A DNA stretch of 63,951 bases, the filler included, from Guillardia theta CCMP2712 (lineage: Eukaryota; Protista; Cryptophyta), in NCBI RefSeq assembly GCF_000315625.1. It is 5 parts of 4 records of this genome, joined end to end, with 100 filler letters (N's around TTAATTAATTAA, not from the genome) between each part and the next. Parts side by side here need not be neighbours in the genome. Positions count along the whole stretch, not along the records: positions 1 to 24,133 come from NW_005434629.1; 4 more parts are not named here. One strand, given 5' to 3'. Positions within the stretch are counted from its first letter, which is position 1. The number at the start of each line of letters is the position of its first letter. The translations under genes and the position numbers were made by a program. Below the pieces are notes generated by a model. It searched no databases. It was given only the letters and a program-made list of their open reading frames with translations, and was not told the origin of the DNA. Shown here piece by piece: positions 1 to 13,474 of this stretch.

Positions 1-260
1 CCTCCAGGGAATGAACAAGAACCAGCCACTGATGGACTGGTGCAATGCGAACCCAAAGCTTGACTTTGTCTTCGACGAGGTGAGCTGGCTAATGCTGTTC
101 GCGGGTGACGTGAGAGGAACAGGCTGGGCGACCTGCTAAAGACATCATCATCGACTGCTGCGCTAAGATCATTCTGAGCCAGCTGGGAGCGTTTCACGTG
201 GGTGACTGTGTAACGATTCTTACTTTTTTTGTTTGTGTGCTCCGAACGGAATGGGTTTGA
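1..260 (+). CDS. 3' part of an unknown multi-exon protein (partial)
   Basis: Frame LQGMNKNQPLMDWCNANPKLDFVFDE continues as AGRPAKDIIIDCCAK after removing a 44-nt GTGAGC...ACAG intron (80-123). Confidence 0.4.
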
Positions 261-542
261 TGAAGATGGGGTATTATCGGAATGGTTGTGGATTGAGATT
301 GGTATGAACGTTCCCGGTTTCACGAAAACTGGCAATAATAAAGATGGGGTATGAGAATGGCGCGCCCCCCATGATCTAGATAGGGCATGGGCAGAAGAGC
401 GGCAGGAAGGCAGAAAAACGAAAGTGCAACCAAATTTTGGTACAAGTGAAATAGATGGAAGAAAGCCAGGGAAGAGGGATGACAAGGAAATGAGAGAATG
501 AGGAAAGAGAAGAGCGGAACATGTAAGGTAAGCATAACTCAC

Positions 543-1290
543 ATCATTCGTTCCGCGAGGACTTTAGGCTCCACCGTAACTTCATACTCATACACATGGT
601 TCTGAAACAACCTCGTCATCTGAGACCCTCCCACAAGCACAGCATACCTGCAGGTAAGGGTTGTCCTTGCTCCATCCTCCCACTCCTGCTCCTCTCCTCT
701 TGAACTCCACGACCTGAGCAACAGCCTTCACGACGCTGCGTCGCACCAGCACTCCCTTCCCACCATCTTCTCAGGAGGTGTGCGGATCAGAGTCGAGAGG
801 TAGCAGTGCCAGTCCATCTTTAGCCCCCTGAAGCCGTGGTACTTCTTGAGACCATCGTGCCCGTTCCAGCGCTCCAGCCAGTTGGCCGTGATGTCATCCC
901 TGCGGGGGCCAAAGTGAGATGCGGCCCTTGCCAGCACCGCCGCAACAGCAGCTGAACTTACCTGCCGAGGTCCCCAAGGATGAAGAGAAGGTTCTGAAGG
1001 GCGCGCTGGGTAAGAAAGTCTTTGATCTCCGACTTCTGCATGCTCCCCGCCATGCTCAGCCCCAGCGCCTTCATCGCCTGCCTGCCACTGCTCCCTATCC
1101 GAGCCTTCCCGTATTTCTGAGCTACGATGTTGCCCCTTGCTTGTACTCTAGGGCAAACAGATGCTCTTGAAGCTAGCGACAGGAAGGAAACTTCTCCTCG
1201 AGGGGCCTGAAGGAAGCATGCAGGCGACCCGTGAACTCCCACATGCAGCAGATGCGCCGCCATGGCGAGTCCGAGCAAGGCCACCGCCAT
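543..1290 (-). CDS. Putative plastid-targeted conserved algal hypothetical protein (multi-exon, 3' end unresolved)
   Basis: ATG at 1290, hydrophobic signal MAVALLGLAMAAHLLHVGVHG then SPACF and an Arg/Ser-rich transit-like stretch. Exons FLTQRALQNLLFIL, ANWLERWNGHDGLKKYHG, GGWSKDNPYL and YEYEVTVEPKVLAERM are separated by short GT-AG introns. Confidence 0.55.
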
Positions 1291-1354
1291 TCCTGTTTAT
1301 ATGTTTCGACCAGCCGTTCACATCTGGCGAGTCAGGCTGTAAAACAGTGACATT

Positions 1355-1980
1355 GAGTGCGGGCCCGTGACTCAGCCGACAGGCACTGCCGCGATCCGAT
1401 CCGATCGCCCGGCGCGGCCGGCCGGGCCCGGGCGGCCGGACCGTCCCGACCCGGACCCGGCCCGGCGGCGAGTCCGACGGTCCGCCGGCGGGACAATCGT
1501 CGTCCGCCGGCCCGGGCCGCCGGGGATCGGACTCCCGGCCGGATCGGTCGGGCCCGGGGGCCGCCGCGGGACCGTCTCCGGGCCACACTCGGCCGGTCGG
1601 AACTTTCCGAAGTTCATTCACACTGATCGGACTCGGATGGCTGATCGGCCCGGCCGGACCTGGTCGGACTCAGTGACTTGGACCCCGCGGGGGCAGGAAC
1701 CAACCGTGAAACCTCATCCTGCCGTGGGCCCCGGATAGCCTGTGACCGGACTGACCGACTCCGACACCCTCACGCTCCGCCGCAGTGACTGAGCGATGTT
1801 GCTAACGGTGGCCGCCGATCAGTGCCAGTGTGCGCCCGGCCCGTGGCTGAGACTCTAGCCCGCCGCGGCCTGACAGTGAGTTTAGAACCGGCCAGTGACG
1901 ATAACTCTAGCTTAAGTTAGTCACTTGAAACTTTCAGTAATTGCCGGCTCCGGGGCCCCGCCGGCGGCCAGCGGCCCGAT
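1355..1980. promoter_or_regulatory. GC-rich CCGG/TGACTC-rich intergenic island upstream of a gene
   Basis: Dense CCGG, GGCC, CGATCG and TGACTC/CAGTGA words, and no credible ORF. Lies directly upstream of the ATG at 1290. Confidence 0.5.
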
Positions 1981-3395
1981 ACTTTTCACGGAAAGTACCC
2001 CCACCCCCTATTTGAACCTTCCAACACCCACCCATGAGAGGTATTCGTGTGATAGTACCCCTGAAAAGTCAGGAAAGGACCCACCCCTCCTGTCTCCATG
2101 CCCAAATTGTTGACGCAATTATCAGTCTGAGGATCGAAATGTAGGAGCGGGAGGAGCAGGACCAGCTGGCGGAGCAGGAGGAGCGGCAGGAGCAGGAGGA
2201 GCAGGAGGGCAGGAGGGGCAGGAGGAGCAGGAGGAACAGGAGGGCGGGAGGGCGGGAGGAGCGGGAGCACGATAGAATGTCTGAGTGTGAGAGTAGCGAG
2301 AGTGAAAGAAATGGAACTATGAAACCAGGAATTGGCCCGAGCCTGTCGTTGATGAGCAAGAAAGTTGCGAACAAGTCCTCGAACATCGCAGTAGAGCATA
2401 GTTGCATGCTGCATGGATCACATCACATTCCTCAAGTTGGTGTTGACATGAACAATGTTGCGGAAGGAAAGATTGAAAACTTCGACTCTTTACATGACAT
2501 GAAAGCTCATCATGACAATCGATGATATGGACAATGATGTCATGCAATGACTCCTGTTCTTGTGTCGATGTTGTAGCATACATCTCAGATCTTTTCTTGA
2601 CGCGGTCCCCAGTTAGCAGCAGATGATGATGTAACTCAGTCAATCGCAGAAGGGGCATGCCGTGGCAACAAGGTTTGTAGCCCGATCGAGTACCAAGGGG
2701 AGGATGGGCTGCTGTGAGAGCAGACAAGACCCCTTCATCATCGGAGGAAGTAAGAGATGAACTCGTTTGCCTGATACCTGACTCGATGGCTGCAGGAGAA
2801 GCAAGCTACTACCAGGTCACTTGCTGCCCACCTGCTCCTTGTGTCTATCAGCTCTGTCAATCTGCAATGGGATGAAATCACTCAATGACCTCTCTCCTCC
2901 TCCTCCTCCTCCTCCTCTTCCTCCTCCTCCCATCCCTCATCTTGAGAGCTTCGAGCCATCGACTTGTTTGTGAACGGCACTGCAGTCACAGGATGCGGAT
3001 GAAAGCTCCTTCTCTGTCGTCGTTCGGGCTTCAGAGATGATCCTTGCCAGCATCGGTGAGGATTGTTCTCCTGCATGCCTCTCGCGCAACTTGCTTCTTT
3101 TTGTACCTTGTGGTCCGTCGGCTTCTTCCAGCATGCCTACTTTGCAGCACATCTGCCGTAAACATGTTGACTATCATGTTCTATCTTTCTGTTCCTTCCT
3201 TCCTTTCCTTCCTTGCTCTATCTCAGTACCTAGAGCAAGATCACTGGTGTTCAACGTATCTGATGTGCACTTCCAGGTGACGATCCAGGCCAGCAGGCAG
3301 CAACTCCTGCAATGCTGCGATCAGCTCGGCTTGCGATTCTTGAATTGGTGAGGATGCATACGACTCGTCAAAGCTTGTAAAAGTGATGGCGGTTG

Positions 3396-3458
<63 letters not shown>

Positions 3459-3651
3459 GAACAACGAGGAGGAGCAGGAGCAGGAATAGGAGCAGGGAGC
3501 AGGGAGCAGGGAGCAGGGAGCAGGGAGCAGGGAGCAGGGAGCAGGGAGCAGGGAGCAGGGAGAGAGGGAGTTGAGGAGAGGGCCGTTGCTGTGTGCTTTG
3601 AAGTCAAATCTGTGGTATGTCTCTCAAGCGACCAATGACTGGCTGGCCCTG

Positions 3652-3846
3652 CAGCCCAGGGACACAACGACTGTGCCGGAGGTGGAGAGAAAGGATCTGA
3701 AGAGGATGGTCAACGTGAGTTGCACACGTTCACTGCTGCCTGCCTGACATGCTTCCCTGCTGTTTCGAGCAGATCTTGCAGCGCGAGGTAGAGAACACCG
3801 ACATCATCCTGACTGGCCTCGTCCTCCTTCGCTACCTTGCGCAGGT

Positions 3847-3890
<44 letters not shown>

Positions 3891-4375
3891 AAATGCCAGT
3901 GATTGGATCCCCTCCCGTACTCCCCTTCTGTTCTCCCCTCCTCCGTTCCCCGTCACCTCCTCCTCCCTCCTCCCTCCTCTCTTGCCTCCCTATTGCTCCT
4001 CCTGCCCTCTTCTGACGGGCTGTCAGCGTCAATCCAACCAAAAGGCTGTCGCGTCAGAGGATGGTGTTCAGTTTGTCCTGCGTGCCATGCTCGCCCACGA
4101 CGCCAACTCGACTCTTCAGGTCACCTTCTCCTGCTCCTGCTGCTTCCTGCTGCTTCTCCACCCTTTTTTCCTCCTCCTCCTCCTCCTCCTCCTCCTCCTC
4201 CTCCTCCTCCTCCTGTGTTTCTGACCCGCAGTAGGGTGTCGCTTGCGACACGTTGGGAAATCTTCTTCAGGCAATGGATCAGGGAAGAGGGAGGAGGGGC
4301 TGAATCTCTGCGAGCAGGAGGAGGAGAACAACAGGCAGTTCTTGAAGCTCAAGGTGAGACGAGACGAGACGAGAC

Positions 4376-4434
<59 letters not shown>

Positions 4435-5687
4435 CGATGAGGAGGAGGAGGAGGAGGAGGAGGAGGAGGAGGAAATAGTAGGAGGAGGATGTCGATAGAG
4501 GGTAACTTGGGTTAGGGTGTGGACGCAATTTTCGGCGCAGTGAAGAGCAACTTGGCCAACACGCGATTTCTTGAGGTGAGAGAGGGAGAGGGAAGATGTG
4601 GAGAAGAGAAGAGAAGAGAAGAGAAGAGAAGAGGAGTGGAGTGGAGTGGAGAGCAAAGCAGAGGAGTGGAGAGCAAAGCAGAGCAGAGCAAAGGAAAGAT
4701 GAGGGAGAGAAAGAGTCACAAAACGGGGAAGAGGGAAGCAGCAAGTAAGAAATGCAGGTAAAGAGAGGAGGAGCAGGCGGACAAGGACGAGAACCAGGAC
4801 CAGGACCAGGACCAGGACGCGAGTAGGAGGGGAGAACGAGGACTGAGCGTCCTGCAGGCTGCATGTTTCCTGCTCGGCAACGTCGCGTCGAGCGAAGAAG
4901 GCAGGAGAGGAGGAGCTGTAAACTAATGTGGGTGAGGGTTACTACCGCAGGTCTCAAACAGATCACGAGCAGGGGAGGGTCGAGTATTGTCCTATCCATC
5001 CTTGAGGTTTGACTCCTCTGCGATGGCTCTGCATCCTTGCTCCCATCCCCCTCCCCTGCTGCTGCTGCTGCTGCTCCTCGTCCTCGTCCTCGTCCTCCTG
5101 CTCCTTCTCCTGCTCCTGCTCCTGCTCTTCCCTCCTTCCTCCTCTTCCTCCTCTCTCCTCCTCCTCCTTCCCTCTCCTCATTCCTTCCCCTCCTCGTCGT
5201 TGTAGTCCTGCCTTCCCCCTTCCTGTGATCCCTCCCCCTTCCTGTGATCCCTTTCTCTTGCTGCCCTCCTCTCCTAGCCATCCATCCCCCTCCCCCGTCT
5301 CCCCTCCCTCCATTCCTGCGCACGCGCTCCTCCTCCTCCTCCAGCTCTCCTGCTCTCGTGTCGTCTGTCACTGACTTCGATCCGTATCCCCCAGGCGCAT
5401 CAAAACGACGTCGATCTCATGAAAGAACTTCTCTTCCTGCTCTCAAACATGGTGCAGACTGAAGATGTTTGCGCCGAGGTGATAAGAGAACTCTTCGTCC
5501 CATCCTCACCGCTATCAACATCTGCTCCTCTTCCTCCACCATCACTACAACCACGTCCTCGTCCCCCTGCTCCTGCTCCTCCTGCTCCTCCTCGTCCTCC
5601 TCCTGCTCCTCCTGCTCCTCCTGCTCCTCCTGCTCCTCCTGCTCCTCCTGCTCCTGCTCCTCTTCCTCTTCCTCTTCCTCTTCCTTG

Positions 5688-5721
<34 letters not shown>

Positions 5722-7920
5722 CCTCGTCCTCCTCCTTGTCCTCATTTTTCTCTCAACCTCCTCATCCCCTTCTCCTCCTCTCCCTTTTCTTCCCTTCTTT
5801 CTCACTCTTCTTCATAGCTCATAGGGCACAACGCCATCGAGTCGGTGGCGTCAGTGATGGAGCTCAACAAGGAGGTCGCGGAAGTTCAGGTCAACCGCCT
5901 CCTCCTCCACGTCCACGTCCACGTCCACGCCCTCCTGCTTCTCGTTGCCCTCCTCCTCCTGCTTCTCCTCCTCCCCATCCCTGACCCACTCGCAGTCTCT
6001 CGGGTGCTCCTGCCTCTGTCACCTCTGCGGCCATGAGAGCAGCATGGGTGAACCCGAAGGGTTGAGATGCCAGGAGGCTGACGGGGCTGCAGCGAGTCTC
6101 CTCACCGTCGACGACTCTGAAGGCCTCAGCATTGTTGCTACCATCATCACAGCCCTGCAGGTCACATAGCCTTCTCCTCTTCCTCCTCCTCCTTCTCTTC
6201 CTTATCTTCTACCGCTCCCTCTTCCTCCTCTGCTTCCTTCTCAGCTTCCTCTTCCGTCCCCTATCCTTCCTCTTGATTTCTTCAACAGCTCCACCCGACT
6301 GATCCCCAACTGGTAAGAAGAGCAGCAAGGTGAGCAAACCCCTCACTTTGTTTCCACGTCTGACGATCATTTCCTCCTGCTCCTCCTGCTCCTCCTCCTC
6401 CTGCTCCTCCTGCTCCTCCTCCTCCTCCTCCTCCTCCTAGCGCCATAATTGCGCTCTCTTCGCATGAGCAGCTTGTGCCTGGACTTGTGGGTCAGACGGG
6501 TGCGAGTTGAATTTGAAGGAGGTTGCTGCTGATCGCTTCTCAGATATCATCGTCGCGCTGATAGTGGGAGGAAGGTGCTGCTGTTGCTCTTCTCCTCTCC
6601 CTTTCCTTCCATGCCTTCCTCTCCTCCTCCTCCTTCTCCTCCCCTCCTCCTTCACCTTCACCTTCTCCTCTCCTCTCCTTCTCCTTCTCCTTCTCCTTCT
6701 CCTTCTCCTTCTCCTCTCCTCCTTCTCGGTTCCTCCTCCTCCTCCTTGTCCTCCTCCTCCTTCTCCTCTCCTCGTCCTTCTCCTCTCCTCCTCTTCTTCT
6801 CCTTCTCATCTCTCCCTCGCCTCTTTCCCGTTCTCTCCTTCTTCCTTCCTCTTCTCATCCTCTTTCTCTTTTTGAGTTCCTCCATCTGAGCTGTTGTATA
6901 GGAACATGATCAAGCTTGGAGAACAGGAGACGCAGGCACTCGTCCATGGTGTGAGAGAGGAGGGAGGAGGGAGAGGAGAGAAGCGAGAAGCTGTCCTCAT
7001 GTTCTTGTTAGTCCTCAAAGCGTTGGAGTCGCTTGCCAAGTCAGTCAAGAATCGGCGGATAATGATGAGCTTGAAGGAGGAGTTTGTGATGGCCATGACG
7101 GAGGAGGAGGAGGAGGAGCAGGGGAGGATAGTTCCCCTCTGCTTGGCTGTCTGTCAAAGCTCTTCCTGTCGATCTGCGTCAGTGAGCAGGTAGTGCTTGG
7201 TGTCTGCAGGAGGAGATGGGGGAGGCGTGGGGAGCAGAGGGAGGAGGAGGAGGGGGAGGGAAGCAGGAGGCTCATTGACAAGTTGAAGCTGAGAGCACGT
7301 GCCAGGTCCCTTTCCCTCCTGTCAAAAGTGATTGAAGGGCTTGAAGGAGGAGGAGGAGGAGGAGGAGGAGGAGGAGGAGGAGGAGGAGGAGGAGGCGGAG
7401 GGAGGGNNNNNNNNNNNNNNNNNNNNNNNNNNNNNNNNNNNNNNNNNNNNNNNNNNNNNNNNNNNNNNNNNNNNNNNNNNNNNNNNNNNNNNNNNNNNNN
7501 NNNNNNTTGCTGCTGCAGCTTGCTTCATGTTCTCCGCTGCTGCTCGATCCAACGACGAGAAAGTTCGTGCGAACGTGAGGCCTTCCAACCCTCCCCCCTT
7601 TCCTGCACCTCTCCCCATCACCTCCCCCTCACCTCCTCGTCTTGGTCTCTCCCCCCCAGTCTCTCCCTCACTTCTCCTTGTCTACTAGGTCACCAACAGC
7701 GGGGCTCCTCTCCTTATCGTCATGGCGCTGAAACATTTCAGTGAAGGTGATGGATACTCCCTCCTCTGCTCCCGCACCCCCTGCTCTCCTTCCTGCTCTT
7801 GTTCCTCCTTTGCTCCAGCTCTCGCTCCTCCCCTCCTCTCGCTCCCACTCATTCCTCATCTGCTTGCGCAGCTCAAGGAGACGTTCAGCCAGTCCTTCGA
7901 CGGGTCGTGCATGCGCTGAG
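3652..7920 (+). CDS. Armadillo/HEAT-like repeat protein, many exons (boundaries approximate)
   Basis: Spliced exons ILQREVENTDIILTGLVLLRYLAQ, RQSNQKAVASEDGVQFVLRAMLAHDANSTLQ, GVACDTLGNLLQ, DLMKELLFLLSNMVQ and LLVLKALESLAKSVKNRRIM have ARM-like helical patterning. Introns are filled with simple repeats. Confidence 0.55.
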
Positions 7921-8399
7921 GATGGTAGGGACGAAGGGCGAATGTTGAGCTCTGACTAGGCGCACAGGCAAGGATCGAAGACCCAGGCACTGCTGGAGCC
8001 ATCCGCTTGGCAGGTCTGACAAGGAGGAGGAGGGAGGGGAGGGAAAGGAAGGTGATGAGGATGAGGATGATGATGATGAGGATGAGGAGGAGGAGGAGGA
8101 GGAGAGGGGAGCGGGGTTGAGATTAGTGGATAGAAGAGTTTAGGAGGCAGGTGTAAGGGAGGAGGGTCGTGCTGGAAGGAGAGAGCTCCAGGAATTCTCA
8201 TAAGCTGCAGGAGCGCCGGAGGCTCTGACGCGAGTGATGGAGAGGCACAGGGAAAACCTGATGCTGGTGAAGAATGCGAGGTGAGAGGAGGAGAGGAGAT
8301 GAGAAGAAGGAGGGAAGATGAAGAGAGAGGAGAGAGCAGGGGAAAGGAAGGGAGGGGAGGGAGGTGGTGACGGGAAGGGGTTGGCAATGGTTGGAGGAT

Positions 8400-11380
8400 G
8401 GAGAGGATGGAGAGGAGGGAGGAGGAGGAGGAGGGGGAATGAATCTGCGCACACTGCAGGGCAGCGTTGAGCGTGCTGGAGGAGCACCAGGTAGACTTGT
8501 AGTTGATATTCTTTTTCTTCCTCTCCATGTACAATAGAAAAACAAAACGAGAGGAGGCGGCCAGAGGAGGTCGTTACTTGCAGATGGGCTCGCATGCTTT
8601 CTTTCCCTGCGTCCCTCAACGTCAGATCTCCTCCTCTCCCTCCTCTTCAACGTACAATCTGCTCCGTTGCTGAGAAGTCGGAGAGAATACTGTCACACGA
8701 TGTCAGAATGACCGTCTTCCTGCTGCTTCCTCCTCACCTTTCACGCAAAGCTTGCATCTGAGCTGCAATCTGTACACGTCCTCAGCCTTGGCAACCAGCG
8801 CCTCTCCGCCACCCCACTCCCCTTCCTCCTCCTTACCTGAGCTCTCTTCGCGGGAGAAAGACGTTTGGAAGAGCTTGAGCTACACAAGACAAGTCAGCCT
8901 GACAATCAACCGCCCTCCTTTCAAATCCCTCCCCATCCCATTCGCTCCGTCCCCGACCTCATTCCCCATACCTTCCAAGGTTTGCTACTGCTCCAGGCGA
9001 GATGCCGGTGGAAGAGGAGGAGTCCGTCTGTGAGAGGTCTGTCTCCTGTCCTAAGCCACCGGGGACCTGCGCGGGGGACGGGGAACCCGAAGAGAAGATC
9101 TTCCATAGACTATCTCCTCCTCCTCCTCCTCCTACGCTGCTCGGGATGGAGCTCGCCCGCGTCTCCGTCACTCCCTGCTGTTCATCTCACTCACTTCCTT
9201 ACCATAGCCACGTTCACGGGCGATGCCGGCCTCACCTGAGCAGCAGTACTGCTGGGGTATGTCGGGGGTGCGTACGGCTGGGGGTAGGAGTAAGCCTGCT
9301 GGGGGTAGGAGTAGGGCTGCTGCTGGGGGTAGGAGTAGGGCTGCTGGGGGTAGGAGTAGGCCGCCTGGGGCTGGGCATAAGGATAGTAGGCCGTTGGAGC
9401 TGCTGCCGTCAACGCGGGGTATCTTGGGGGGTACTGATAACCAGCAGGGGACGGGTAGGTGGCCGAAGCTGGGGCTGGGTAGCTCGGAGCGTAAGGGTAG
9501 GGAGCAGGAGCCTCAGGGTACTGGCCAGCTGCCGAGTAGGCGAACGCCTGCTGGTAGGGTGGAGGAGCCATGGGCTGCTGCTGGAGCACAAGAGTGAGCA
9601 GGAGGGGGAGCTGAGAGAAAGTGCGAACCGCCGGGTATGCCGGGTAGGGTGAAACGACTTGAGCAAGCTGCGGGGTCCTCGCCGGCCCGTTCCCAGCTGA
9701 GTCAAGAGCGTCCGGGCCCTTGGCAAGCAGTTCCCTAAGGACTCGTGAGCACTCGAAGGAGGGTTGGCAGCCACTCACCGGTCGTAGCTGGAGAGCATGC
9801 CCTCCGGGTTCCCCCCCTTCGACCCTCCTGTAGCATGGATGATGCCCGGGTTGCGGTGCTGTGCCTTCGCGTCAGCTCACTAGTTGGGACCGGGCAAAGA
9901 CCACCTGAATCCTGCCTCTCGTCCTAACAGCCGTTGAAGATTGGGATGGACTGGACCACGGTCAAGACAGAGTAGAAGAAGAGCAACATGGAAGAAGGAG
10001 TGGAGACGAGCAAGGGGAAGGATATATTAGAAGGCGTGAACGAGCTTGGAAAGGATGATTACCCATGCTGATGACGCTCACGAAGACTTCGTCGTTCCTG
10101 AGGCTGTGAGCTTGTCAGACTTTCACAATAACAAGGCAGGTAGAGCCACCGTCAAAGCATTCTGAAGCACGTAGTTGTCCGTAGTGCCTTTGTTCTTGTG
10201 CATGAGCTAGGGCGATAGTCAGAGCAGTCAACCCATGGCGCCTCTGCATTCAGACCTGCTTGATCTTCGCAACTATCAAGTCATCGGTTTGATCTTGCAG
10301 ACCCTTCTTCAACTGCTTCGCCTGCAGAAAAAGCAAAGGTGAGCTCAAGATAAGAAGGCTCTGTCTCGACCAACCTGGTATGACTCCATCTCCTGTACCG
10401 CTGCCACAAGGCCTCTTGTCGTGAGCTTGTGATTCTTGATCTCACTCTCGAGCGTCTGTGCGCGGTTTGTCTTCTTGGAGCTGAACTCGCGTCACGAACT
10501 AGATGGCAATGCAACACGGAGACGGAGCAACGTGAGCTCACCCTTTGAGTGACTTGAGGTAGTTGGATGCAGCGATGATCCCTGCCGGTCACGCTCAGAG
10601 GGGACGAGTGAGTGCATCTTGGTTCACCCTTGGCTGAGTTAGCCACTGGCATCCTTGTAAGCAGCGAGGTGTCAGGCGCAGCTGCGTCTCCGTTGTCCGA
10701 GGCTCCTTTACCATGCTGTGAGAGAATCAGCGAAGAGAGCAAGTGAAGGCTGAGAAGATTGTTACAGCAGTCGATGACTTGACCGCTTTCTGATGTTGCG
10801 CATGAAGCTTGGTGACCTGCGTGTCTTCATCAACTGTTGCATCAACCAACCAGCTTCACCTTCTTCAACGCCTCATACTTCTGCCTGGCGTCATGCAAGA
10901 TGTTGTCTGCTTCATCGAGCTGGAGCACTTGAATAAGCTCTGGAAGGCGCAGGCGCAAGTGCATGCACAAACCTGACCCACAGTCGCATCCCCACGAGCC
11001 GATGGTATCTATAACCATGCAGGTCAAAGAGTAGTAGAGGAATTGTCTAGCAGTATACCCGCACATCATCCTTGTTCTTCGCCTTCCCCGTCTTGCTCTT
11101 GAAGTTCTCAGCTGACTTGCTCAACTGTAGACCCAGCAGTGAGCTCATTGAGGAGCTGGAGGAAACCAGCACGAACCAGAAACGTGCCGCTGTTGCTTGA
11201 CGGTCGTGCACCCTCCCATTGCAGGAGGGCCACGACTGCAATGCAAGCCAGTAGGAAGAAAGCCAATGGAGCCTTTGAGTTCAGCTCAGACACTAGCATG
11301 TCATCCGGTGCCATCTCACCTTTGCCATCTTCACGACCATCTCTTCCCGTCCACTCAATCAGGGCAGCATGACTTCCCAC
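8400..11380 (-). CDS. Multi-exon hypothetical protein(s) with N-terminal hydrophobic anchor and a Pro/Tyr/Gln-rich exon
   Basis: APLAFFLLACIAVVALL hydrophobic segment near 11230-11280. ORF 9191-9778 has (PYSYPQQ)n repeats. Several minus-strand GT-AG introns; may be more than one gene. Confidence 0.35.
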
Positions 11381-11919
11381 AACTTGAAGCTCGTCAGATT
11401 ACAATCGCTCCCCATTAGACATTTGACGCGAACATGGTCATGGCACTCATCTAGCAGTGTGACTTGCTAAGTGTTTTTCGCGAATGGAATGCAAAGATCT
11501 TAGTGCGCACTACACCTACACAACGGTTTATCTCGCTCTTCTACCTATGTCCTCGCCTCCTTCTTTTTTACCTATATCCTCACACTCGCATTCCTCTCCC
11601 CATTCCTTCCCTTTCTCTTTTTCTCCTCGCTTCTCTTGCTCCCCCGCGACCTCCCCCCTCCCCCCCCCTCGACACCCCAATCTGTCTCTGTCTCTGTCCA
11701 ACCACCTGCCCTCTCCCCTTTCTCTCTTCTTTCTTCCTTTCTCGCTCCTCTCCATGATCCATTGTATCATTCCTCCTGATCTACGCATCTCTCTCTTCTC
11801 CATCTTCCCTCCCCCTCCTCTCCTCCTGTCCCTTCTTTCTCTCTTGTTCCCGCACAGCCTTGCCATCACGACGTGTCTCTTCATTAAGTAACGGAATATA
11901 ACGGGTGTCTCCAAGACAG

Positions 11920-12960
11920 GGGGGCAGGCCGAGCCCGGGACTGGCCCAGGCCCGGCCCGGGCCGGGCCGGGCGGCACGGCCCGTGACGGTGGCCCGGGCC
12001 GCCGTGACACACCGGGTGCCAGTTGGCAGGATTGGGTTTGGTTCTCGCTGTCTTTTCTCTTCTCGCCGTTTGGCCAGTGCGACAGTGTCAGGGTCAAGCC
12101 TACGACTCTCAGGGCCGCCTGATTGTCCGTCCTCGTACTGATCGGATTTTTAACTCAGTTCTTCAAAGTACTGTACGGTAACAGAGTCACGGTGGCCCCG
12201 CCCGCGGCCCGGGCGCGGCGCCCGCCGGGTCACCGGGCCGGCGGCCGCCAGTCCGGGCCGCTCAGCGGCTCGGACCAGCCTGCCCGGGGCGGGCCCGGCC
12301 GGGTCAACCGTTGCCAGTGAGGGGTTTTGGTAACGACTGAGATTGGATGATGGTGCGGCCCCCGGGCCCCCCGGGGCGGCCGGCGGCGGCCCGGCCGTAC
12401 AAGTGCGGCCGCGGCCCGGCAGAGTCACGGCGGCCCCGCGGCGGCGGCCCTGCAGTGCAGTGCGCCCGCCCCACCCGGGCCATAGCGGCACTCCGAGGCT
12501 CACTGACAGTACCGGCGTACGTTGCCAACGGTTGTCCGAGTCAGCCGGAGTGCCTCACTGTGCGGCCGGGCCTGCCGCCAGCCCGGAGTCACGGTTTGCC
12601 GCCGGGCCGGGCGGGCCGGCGCGGCGTCACTGAGTCACGGGCCCGGCCCGCCGGGGCCCGGTTGACTCACGGCATGCAGTATGACTCAGCCTGGTACGGT
12701 AGCACGGACTCGCCGGTAGCACGCCGGCCCCGCGGAGCCGTGACCTGCCAGGCTGGCCCGGCCTGCCCGGCCGCCGGGAGAGGCTGGCCCACGGTGGGCG
12801 TCAGTCAGGCTGAGCTCGGACTCGGAGCCGGAGTGAAAACCGTGTCGGTCACCCGGTGGACTGCCCGGCAGACTCTCAGCCTGGCAGAGTCAGGCCCGGC
12901 CGGAAGACTTACTGGTCACGGCGGCCGGTCTGACCGTCGGACTTTGAGTAATAACTTGAA
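11920..12960. promoter_or_regulatory. GC-rich CCGG/TGAGTCA-rich island between divergent genes
   Basis: Same word content as 1355-1980, between a minus-strand gene and the + strand GT49. Contains ACTTTGAGTAA at 12941. Confidence 0.5.
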
Positions 12961-13474
12961 AAGCCTAAAAGGCTTTCATGTGTGACGTTTTTTTAGTCAC
13001 GTCATAATGAGCGGCACTGATGGGGGTAAATCGGTAATAATCATAATAATAATAATTGGTCTGTGATTATAAAATTAAAATTAAGCAACCCCCTTCAAAT
13101 ATTAGTTACTATAACAACTTTCTAGTAATAGTTTGAACACACGGACATCCCCACTGGGGTTCCTAGCGCACTGATAGGACTCGGTGCTAGCCGGGCAGTT
13201 GACAGGGGTAATTAGTACCCTGGGGGGGGGGCGGGGGATTTTAGCAGCTGCACGTGACGTGCTTGGGTCGCAAAGGGGGGGGTGTCAACTACTGGTATGG
13301 GGGAGGTGGGGGTATCCTCGGAACTCCGGGGGACATGTAGCTGGGGGTTATTTGAGAGATGAAAAGAGATCTTTTCAGAATCTCCACCACCCCGTTTAAT
13401 ACAGCCACTTGAAGGGGTCAGTCTGATCATTGCTGGCTAGCTGGCGATTGGGCTGGTCCGTCCAATCGCCGAAG

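Noticed and set aside
2100-3360. Possible multi-exon minus-strand gene
   Set aside because: Splice-like signals are present, but I could not assemble a convincing reading frame or determine the product.
3368-8650. Many poly-S/P/E/L/Q/C ORFs in the six-frame track (also around 23700, 40400, 55000, 59800, 63200)
   Set aside because: Translations of intronic microsatellites, open in several frames because they lack stop codons.
11905-12985. Arg/Pro/Gly/Ala-rich ORFs over the GC islands
   Set aside because: Stop-poor GC-rich sequence, open on both strands with no protein-like motifs.
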